Below, piece after piece: positions 57,395 to 64,000 of a stretch of DNA of 64,000 nucleotides; the stretch's first letter is position 1, and the number at the start of each line of letters is the position of its first letter. Origin of the DNA: an uncultured Pseudomonadota bacterium (GTDB lineage: Bacteria > Vulcanimicrobiota > Vulcanimicrobiia > Eremiobacterales > Eremiobacteraceae); the NCBI GenBank assembly GCA_963736005.1, contig CAVTNB010000001.1:320001-384000 (forward strand), in the 5' to 3' direction. The position numbers and the translations under genes were made by a program. The notes beneath the pieces were generated by a model that searched no databases, was not told the origin of the DNA, and saw nothing but the letters and a program-made list of their open reading frames with translations.

Positions 57395-58788
57395 GCGTGA
57401 CGTTCGCAACGATTGTCGAGCTCGGCGAGATGCTGCGCTCAAGGCAGATCAGTTCAGTTGAACTGACACACGAGTGTCTGCAACGGCTCGAGCGTTATGG
57501 TCCACAACTCAATAGTGTTGTGACGCTCATGCCGCAGCGCGCTCTGGCCGCGGCTGCGCAGGCGGACAAAGATCTCGCAACGGGAACCGACCGCGGCCCG
57601 CTGCACGGCATCCCGTACGGCGCCAAGGATCTTCTGGCCGCAGTAGGCGCGCCCACGACTTGGGGCGCCGCACCATATAAAACGCAGCACTTTTTTTATG
57701 ACGCGGAAGTGGTCGCGCGATTAGAACGCGCCGGCGCGGTTCTCGTGGGCAAACTCGCGATGATCGAGCTTGCCGGCGGGATGGGTTACAATCAGGCCGA
57801 TGCAACATTCACCGGACCTTGTAAAACGCCATGGAATCTCAATTACTGGAGCGGCGGCTCCTCGAGTGGGTCGGGCGCATCAGTTGCTTCCGGCCTGGTG
57901 CCGTTTGCAATTGGATCGGAAACCGACGGCTCCATCATGAACCCATCCGCCTACTGCGGAGACACGGGCTTGCGTCCAACATATGGGCGGGTCAGTCGCT
58001 TTGGAGCAATGCCACTTTCGTGGACACTTGACAAACTCGGTCCACTCTGCCGCTCGGCCTTGGATGCCGGCTTGGTACTCAACGCAATCGCAGGCCACGA
58101 TGACAAAGATTTTGCCTCGGTGCAGATACCTGTTGAACACCCCGACGTGGGAACCACTTCGCGACGATGGCGCATGGCCACCATAGAGGGAACGGGCCAG
58201 AAACTTCAAGCGGAGGTTGCCCGTAACTTCGAAAGGTCTCTCGAAGTGCTCGGCGCGTTGGGGACAATATCACACGCTATGCTCCCAAAGTTTCCCTACG
58301 ATGCAATGGTTGGCGCGGTTATTGCGGCAGAGGCGGCTTCATCGTTTCGCGATATCATAGAAGACGGTCGGGTCCAAGAGCTGAGAGACCCAAGCGACCG
58401 AATCGGCGGGTACTCGTATCTTGTCGTCTACGCTGTCGACTATGTTGACGCGATGCGCCAGCGCGCCGCGCTCAGGTCATCCTTCGCCAAGCTCTTTACC
58501 GATGTTGATGTTCTCGTAGCGCCCACCTTTAGCACCGTGGCGCCGCCGATCGACATTCCATTTGACAAGGCGTATCCTGGGACTGACGATGGCGCGCTCA
58601 TCACCGCTTGCAACCTCGTCGGGGTACCTGCGATCAGCGTACCAAATGGCATCGGGGCGCACGGCTTGCCAACCGGGCTCATGTTCGTGGCTCGGCCGTT
58701 TGCAGAAACCGATCTAGTGCGAATCGCATCCGCATACCAGGCGCGAACTTCACACCACCTTGAGCATCCGTCACGATTCATGATGTAG
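57391..58788 (+). CDS. Amidase signature family protein (GatA-like)
   Basis: GPLHGIPYGAKD, GGSSSGS, IGSETDGSI..PS..CG..GLRPT. Confidence 0.93.
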   Translation: MSVTFATIVELGEMLRSRQISSVELTHECLQRLERYGPQLNSVVTLMPQRALAAAAQADKDLATGTDRGPLHGIPYGAKDLLAAVGAPTTWGAAPYKTQHFFYDAEVVARLERAGAVLVGKLAMIELAGGMGYNQADATFTGPCKTPWNLNYWSGGSSSGSGASVASGLVPFAIGSETDGSIMNPSAYCGDTGLRPTYGRVSRFGAMPLSWTLDKLGPLCRSALDAGLVLNAIAGHDDKDFASVQIPVEHPDVGTTSRRWRMATIEGTGQKLQAEVARNFERSLEVLGALGTISHAMLPKFPYDAMVGAVIAAEAASSFRDIIEDGRVQELRDPSDRIGGYSYLVVYAVDYVDAMRQRAALRSSFAKLFTDVDVLVAPTFSTVAPPIDIPFDKAYPGTDDGALITACNLVGVPAISVPNGIGAHGLPTGLMFVARPFAETDLVRIASAYQARTSHHLEHPSRFMM

Positions 58789-59143
58789 CTTGGTTCGAAC
58801 GCTTGGCCGTGACTGCATCGACCTTGGTCAAAAGTGGGTTGGTTGATTCCTTGTCGATGCCATCGATGAACACGATCCAATGGGTCGTCGCTGATGCCGC
58901 CCGTATGGCAAGCGCTGGTTGATAGGCATCCGATTCATGCCACTGTTTCGCTTGCTCGAGCGTAGGAAATTCTACGATAGCCAATCGCTTTGGTGCGTCC
59001 GCTCCTTCGACCACCGAGGATATCGGACCGCGTGCTAGATACCTGCCCCCAAAAGGCTTCAGTGAATCGACCACGATCTTGCCGTATCGTTCCACAGCGT
59101 CGGCATCATTCCACGTGATGCAGGCAACCAAATATGCTGGCAT
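58778..59143 (-). CDS. DUF1330 domain protein
   Basis: PAYLV..., GGRYLARG..VEG, IVEFP..E.A..W..S.AYQ. Confidence 0.88.
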   Translation of the reverse strand: MPAYLVACITWNDADAVERYGKIVVDSLKPFGGRYLARGPISSVVEGADAPKRLAIVEFPTLEQAKQWHESDAYQPALAIRAASATTHWIVFIDGIDKESTNPLLTKVDAVTAKRSNQATS

Positions 59144-59167
59144 GGGTGCTCCTTTAAAATGTGTTGA

Positions 59168-59785
59168 CTAGCGATCCGCCTTTGACCACTGGATGGCGTC
59201 TTCGAGGGCTTCTTCTCCCCAAAAAAGCTCTCCCTTGACGACGCAATTCGGCGCGCCGAAAATACCGAGTTGCATCGCCTGCTCGGTATTGCTGCGCAGG
59301 AGTCCACGTTTCGCCTGCGACAGAGCTTGCGCCAAAATCGCCTCGGCGCCGGCCCCCGCATGAGTCAGAACTCGTCGGATCACCCCTTCATCAGCAATAT
59401 CCTCGTTATCGCCAAAATTGGCAACGAAGGCCGCGCGCACATACCGTGCCGCGATGGGTTCGTCCGCAACCGCGCAGCCGACCCGGGCGGCTAGGGTGCT
59501 GTTGCGGGGAAACAGTGTCGGTTTTTGCCAAGGGATTGCAAACTTTGCCGTGAGCCGTTCGACATCGCGCCACATATAAGCGCCTCGTAAAGGATTGAGA
59601 TTGTAGTGCGAATCGTTCCAGCCTTGGAGCTGAAAGATAGGACCGAGCAAAAATGGCTTCCAGCGCAAGCGCACGCTTGCCACTCGACAAAGTTCTTCAA
59701 TGCGCATCGCCGCAATATACGAGTATGGGCTTGCAAAGTCAAACCAAAATTCAAGTTCTCCGGACTTCGGGCGCGGATCATTCAC
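59168..59785 (-). CDS. HCCA isomerase / DsbA-like (GST kappa) protein
   Basis: FWFDFASPYSY, PFLLG.IF, GIFGAP..V.GELFWG. Confidence 0.9.
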   Translation of the reverse strand: MNDPRPKSGELEFWFDFASPYSYIAAMRIEELCRVASVRLRWKPFLLGPIFQLQGWNDSHYNLNPLRGAYMWRDVERLTAKFAIPWQKPTLFPRNSTLAARVGCAVADEPIAARYVRAAFVANFGDNEDIADEGVIRRVLTHAGAGAEAILAQALSQAKRGLLRSNTEQAMQLGIFGAPNCVVKGELFWGEEALEDAIQWSKADR

Positions 59786-61155
59786 TTATCTGGGCCGATC
59801 CAAATGGTCTTGACGTTGACGAATTCGCGGATGCCGAATTCGCTGAGCTCGCGCCCGTAGCCTGACGCTTTCACCCCGCCGAAGGGCAGCCTGGGATCGG
59901 ACTTGACCATGCCATTGACGAACACCGCTCCGGCTTCGATGCGTTTGATGAACTGCTCTCGCTCGCTCGCATCGCTTGTCCAAACACTGGCACCCAGACC
60001 AAACGTTGTGCTATTGGCGATCGCGATGGCCTCGTCGGCATCGCGCACGCGAAACACCATTGCAACGGGACCAAAAATCTCTTCTCTTGCAACGGCCGAT
60101 TGTGGTGGCACCTGCGCAACGATCGTGGGTGCATAATAGTAACCGGGCTGCTCCAATCTCTTGCCCCCAACCAACACCTTCGCGCCGGCGTCGACCAAGG
60201 CGTGCACTTGTCGGTCGACCTCCGAAACGCTGCTCTCATTGACAAGTGGGCCAACCTCTGTCGTCTCTGCCATCGGGTCACCCACGCGCAGCGCCTGAAA
60301 TCGCTCCACAAACTTGCGCACAAATTCATCCGCAACAGCATCCGCGACGATAAACCGTTTCGCTGCAATGCAGGATTCGCCGTTGTTCTGCACGCGCGCT
60401 TGGGTGGCGACCGCAACGGCTTGGTCCAAGTTCGCGCTCGGCATGACGATGAAAGGGTCACTGCCGCCAAGCTCGAGCACCGTCTTTTTGATTTCATGAC
60501 CGGCTTGGGAAGCGACCGTTCTCCCCGCTGGCTCACTTCCGGTCAACGTCACGGCGCGCACCCGAACGTCGCGGATGAGGCTCTCGACCGCCCCGGCACC
60601 AATGAGCAGCGATCCGAAAATGCCATCTGGGAAGCCGCTGCGCGCGAAGATCGATTCGATCGCAAGAGAGCATTGGGGCACATTTGACGCATGTTTGAGC
60701 AAGCCAGCGTTGCCAGCCATGAGCGCCGGAGCAGCAAAACGGATGACTTGCCAGAAGGGGAAATTCCACGGCATGATCGCGAGGATGACCCCTAAGGGTT
60801 CGTAGCGCACGAGACTTTCGACAGCATCGGTGGCAACGCGCTCGTCCGCAAGCTGTTGAGCCGCATGTTCGGCGTAAAACCGACATGCCCACGCACATTT
60901 TTCGACCTCTGCAACTGCTTGGCGCAGGGGCTTGCCCATTTCCAGCGTCGCTGTTTTTGCTAGCTCGCTCTTACCTGCTTCCAAGAGCTCCGCGGCTTTC
61001 ACCATATGCGTGGCTCGCGCAGAAAAACTTAACGCGCGGTTTGCTTCGAATGCACGCTGTGCAGCCACAAGTTTGTGCTCGATCTGCGCCTTCGTCAACG
61101 GCTCGAACTGTTTGAGTATCTGCCCGGTGGCAGGATTCACACTTGCAATGGCCAT
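59782..61155 (-). CDS. NAD(P)-dependent succinate-semialdehyde dehydrogenase (Sad/GabD-like)
   Basis: MPWNFPFWQ, LKHASNVP, LELGGSD, NNGESCIAAKR, FGGVK.SGYGRE. Confidence 0.92.
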   Translation of the reverse strand: MAIASVNPATGQILKQFEPLTKAQIEHKLVAAQRAFEANRALSFSARATHMVKAAELLEAGKSELAKTATLEMGKPLRQAVAEVEKCAWACRFYAEHAAQQLADERVATDAVESLVRYEPLGVILAIMPWNFPFWQVIRFAAPALMAGNAGLLKHASNVPQCSLAIESIFARSGFPDGIFGSLLIGAGAVESLIRDVRVRAVTLTGSEPAGRTVASQAGHEIKKTVLELGGSDPFIVMPSANLDQAVAVATQARVQNNGESCIAAKRFIVADAVADEFVRKFVERFQALRVGDPMAETTEVGPLVNESSVSEVDRQVHALVDAGAKVLVGGKRLEQPGYYYAPTIVAQVPPQSAVAREEIFGPVAMVFRVRDADEAIAIANSTTFGLGASVWTSDASEREQFIKRIEAGAVFVNGMVKSDPRLPFGGVKASGYGRELSEFGIREFVNVKTIWIGPDK

Positions 61156-61171
61156 GGTTAGCGTTTTCCTA

Positions 61172-62698
61172 TTACTTTGATGGAGCTGGGGTTGTGAGAT
61201 TCCTATTGTATTCGTCAAGCATTTCCAGCTCGCCCGCGTTTGAAAGGGTTTGCCGGTGATGCTTGATCCAATTTCGCGGGAGGCTCCCAAAGACCGGCTT
61301 GCCAGTGCGATGGCGGTAGATCGCAAAGAAGATAATGCCGAAAATGACCCACGACGGTCCGGCGATGCGCCCGGTTGGATGGGTGAGCAGCGTGAAGATC
61401 AAGATGGCCGCAATGCCGAGGAATCCGACGATGGAAATGAGCGAAACATCGCCTTTCACGCCATTGATGGTCAGCGGAATATTCCACGGCATGCGGAAGC
61501 GCCGCGGCGCACTTTTGTCGGTAAAGCGCAAAGTCATGAGTGCCACAAACACGAGTGTATACGAGAGCGCGGCGCCGAAGGCGTAGAGGTCCCCCAGAAA
61601 GCTAAAGGCTCGTGGCCCCTGGAGATACGCGATGACGAGCACGATGGCTGCGATGCCCGAAAAGAAAATAATCGTTTGGATAGGGGTCTTTGTTTTTGGG
61701 TTCGTTACTTGAAACCAACTCGGCAATAGGTGAAACTTGCCCATCGAGTAGGCGATGCGCGACGCGCCATACACGCCAGAATTACTCGAGATCATGACGA
61801 GCAGTGCGCCGATGATAGGAACGTACCACTTCAAGACGTTTCCAATGAGCGGCAATTGCGCGGCGAGTAAGGCGACCGCCTTGTCGTTGTTATCTGAGCT
61901 GCCGAAATACTGATAGGCCGGTTGACCTTGAATATGCGGCATGCCGAGCACAAGGTTGGAATACGCTAACGCGAAGATCAAAATCGTCAAGATGAGCGCG
62001 ATGGACGTCCTCGGCATGACGGTTGACGGCCGCTGCGTTTCTTCTGCCGCCTGCGCAATACTTTCGAGTCCCACAAATGAGATAATTGCAAGCGAGACGC
62101 CGAGCAAAAGCTCGTTCGTCTGCGGCCAATGAAACTTCATGGTGTTGATGAGCATCTGTGGATGCCATGCGAAGAGAAAACCACAGACCAAGATGAGGGT
62201 CTCGTTGCAAATGTCGACTGCGGCGACGAGTTCGTTGAGCCTCGACGACTGCCTCACGCCACTAATGTTGAGGAGCATGAGAAAGGCCGTCACGATTAAG
62301 ACTGCCAGAAAGCGGACGAGTTGATGATCGGCAAAATATGGAATGAGGATGCTCAAGTAGGCAATGGTTGCCCAAGCAAAGATCGCAATGTCAACAGTGA
62401 AATCCAAAAGGACAGCCCAGCCCGCCACAAAGCCGAAAAAGTCGCCGAGCGCACGGGTGACAAAGAACTGCCCTCCACCGGCGACGGGATAGGTGGACGC
62501 GAGTTCGGTATAGGCAAGCCCGATGCAAACATACACGATGCCGGCAAACAGGAATGCGATGTTGGCGGCACCCATTGCCGCCCCAACCACGAGGCCCAGC
62601 GCAACGTAAATGTCGGCGCCCACGTCGGCATAGCCCCATGAGTAGGAACCCCACGTCGTGACTGCACGGCGCAGGTCTGTGCCAGAAGTTGTGGGCAT
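61172..62698 (-). CDS. APC family permease
   Basis: YTELAS.YP.AGG, SFVGLES..AAEE, SRIAYSM; multi-TM. Confidence 0.9.
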   Translation of the reverse strand: MPTTSGTDLRRAVTTWGSYSWGYADVGADIYVALGLVVGAAMGAANIAFLFAGIVYVCIGLAYTELASTYPVAGGGQFFVTRALGDFFGFVAGWAVLLDFTVDIAIFAWATIAYLSILIPYFADHQLVRFLAVLIVTAFLMLLNISGVRQSSRLNELVAAVDICNETLILVCGFLFAWHPQMLINTMKFHWPQTNELLLGVSLAIISFVGLESIAQAAEETQRPSTVMPRTSIALILTILIFALAYSNLVLGMPHIQGQPAYQYFGSSDNNDKAVALLAAQLPLIGNVLKWYVPIIGALLVMISSNSGVYGASRIAYSMGKFHLLPSWFQVTNPKTKTPIQTIIFFSGIAAIVLVIAYLQGPRAFSFLGDLYAFGAALSYTLVFVALMTLRFTDKSAPRRFRMPWNIPLTINGVKGDVSLISIVGFLGIAAILIFTLLTHPTGRIAGPSWVIFGIIFFAIYRHRTGKPVFGSLPRNWIKHHRQTLSNAGELEMLDEYNRNLTTPAPSK

Positions 62699-62794
62699 GG
62701 CGCCCTGGATTCGTTTAGGACTAACGGATTCCCGCGGCAAGAATGGTTCTGCGCGCGCTTGGTCCTATTAGGAAGCCGTGGAGGCTATCCGCTC

Positions 62795-63271
62795 GTGAAG
62801 AAAACCATTTTTGCACTCCTTGCAATGGTCCTCAGCGCTGTGATTATCGGCTGCTCGCACAAAGAAGGTGCGCCTGCTGGCTCGGCGAGCGGGGCACAAG
62901 CGGCGGGAACCATGACTCCCGTACCCGCCTCGGTGCAAGCGAAGGAGTTTGTCACGTTTGATTTTTCAGACGTTGCCGTCACCACAAGCGGCGCACCGGT
63001 CTTGCGCCTCACGGTCGAAGCGAAAAATGGCAGTAAAGATCCTCTGCTGTGCGATGAAAGCAGTTTCTCGGCAGAACTAGCAGATGGCACGATCCTCGCA
63101 CCTGACGCTGGCGCGCAAAACACCTGCGACCCTGATTCAATCGATCCGGGCGGGTCATCGAAGGTCATCATGTTCTTCGATTTGCCCAGCGGCTACACCG
63201 GGCCCCTCATGTTGATTATGAGAACCGCAGACAACACGCTAATCGGCCAAGGGACAACCAACATCCACTAG
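62795..63271 (+). CDS. Lipoprotein with Ig-like (DUF4352-like) domain
   Basis: GGAGG RBS; GTG start; lipobox IIGC; L.V...N.S..., IDPG....MFFDLP. Confidence 0.7.
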   Translation: MKKTIFALLAMVLSAVIIGCSHKEGAPAGSASGAQAAGTMTPVPASVQAKEFVTFDFSDVAVTTSGAPVLRLTVEAKNGSKDPLLCDESSFSAELADGTILAPDAGAQNTCDPDSIDPGGSSKVIMFFDLPSGYTGPLMLIMRTADNTLIGQGTTNIH

Positions 63272-63322
63272 TCCGTGTGCCGACAGGGACGACACGGCCG
63301 CTCAAGCAAAGCACCTGATCAC

Positions 63323-63398
<76 letters not shown>

Positions 63399-63505
63399 CT
63401 TAGAAGCCTTGTGAATCAAAGCTGCTCTGCCGGAGGGCGGTCCTTCTGCAGCAGCTCCTTGTAGCGTAATTGTAGCGTAGCATCATCAACCAGTGGATAA
63501 AACGC

Positions 63506-64000
63506 ATGCCGACTATCAAGTGCAGGCTCCTGCCGTACAACCCTTTCAATACATGCGCTGAAACAAATGAGCTTCCGCAACCCGGTGACATGTTCCACCA
63601 CAACCCGCTTGGTTTAGCAGTCGTCCTACCAGTGTCGCCTTTGGAGGTTTGGTTCATTCAAAGCAAGACAAATTGCGGAGATCCGACCCCACATTTTTCG
63701 TGCTGGAAATGGTCTGGTGAGCCTCCGGACATAACCGTGGACTCGGCGTGTTCAACAGGAGCTGGCAGCATTTCGGTTTATCCCCCTGAGCAACCGCGTT
63801 ACCACGCCTTTTTATGGCATGGCGACCTAATTGATATCGAGCAGGCCAAGGTTGATCTTGCGTATTTCCAAAGCCTCACGATCGGCGATCAGATAAAGCT
63901 CAAGGCACGCACTTTTCTAGATGCCGTTAGATGGGAGGTCCCGATGCGAGACGAGGATCTAAAACAATTTGTGGGTGAGCGTGTTAGCCGAGTCCGCCTC
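63506..64000 (+). CDS. Hypothetical protein, 5' part; runs off the right edge
   Basis: Not in ORF track; open for 165 codons: MPTIKCRLL...PGDM...VVLP...WKWSGEPPDITV...SISV...YHAFLWHGDL... Confidence 0.6.
   Translation, partial: MPTIKCRLLPYNPFNTCAETNELPQPGDMFHHNPLGLAVVLPVSPLEVWFIQSKTNCGDPTPHFSCWKWSGEPPDITVDSACSTGAGSISVYPPEQPRYHAFLWHGDLIDIEQAKVDLAYFQSLTIGDQIKLKARTFLDAVRWEVPMRDEDLKQFVGERVSRVRL

Noticed and set aside
51855..63322. Genomic island bounded by the two co-oriented tRNA-Ala genes
   Set aside because: Both are complete genes with different anticodons; no integrase or att fragment in between

Overview
Bacterial chromosomal segment, GC-rich, almost all core genes on the minus strand. 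It has a Firmicutes-like gene order (rpsU-yqeY-nfeD-floA-ybeY-dgkA-cdd-recO; tadA-tRNA-Ser-SRP) but also TonB-dependent receptors. That suggests a diderm Terrabacteria lineage such as Ca. Eremiobacterota (inference only). Positions 1-4590 hold a decayed integrative element: an AIPR-like gene missed by the ORF track, a tyrosine integrase pseudogene, a divergent repressor/excisionase pair and an HTH Rep gene with origin-like repeats. It abuts the 5' half of a tRNA-Leu cut inside the anticodon. Positions 5-18 kb carry 12 tRNAs, SRP RNA and an HNH endonuclease whose stop codon lies inside tRNA-Pro. Positions 18-38 kb are housekeeping operons. Positions 38-51 kb hold a TBDR, a BMP-type nucleoside ABC transporter, deoC with an apparently split ALDH16-like pair, and SBP56 with a His/Met-rich membrane partner. 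Positions 51-63 kb hold divergent tRNA-Ile/tRNA-Ala, a two-component system with a TBDR, a frameshifted Tat-signal small protein coupled to an amidase, and catabolic genes. A probable new island begins after tRNA-Ala(GGC). Two families of GTAG-type REP palindromes are dispersed through the window. No rRNA or CRISPR array was seen. All family assignments come from motif recognition by eye; no searches were run.
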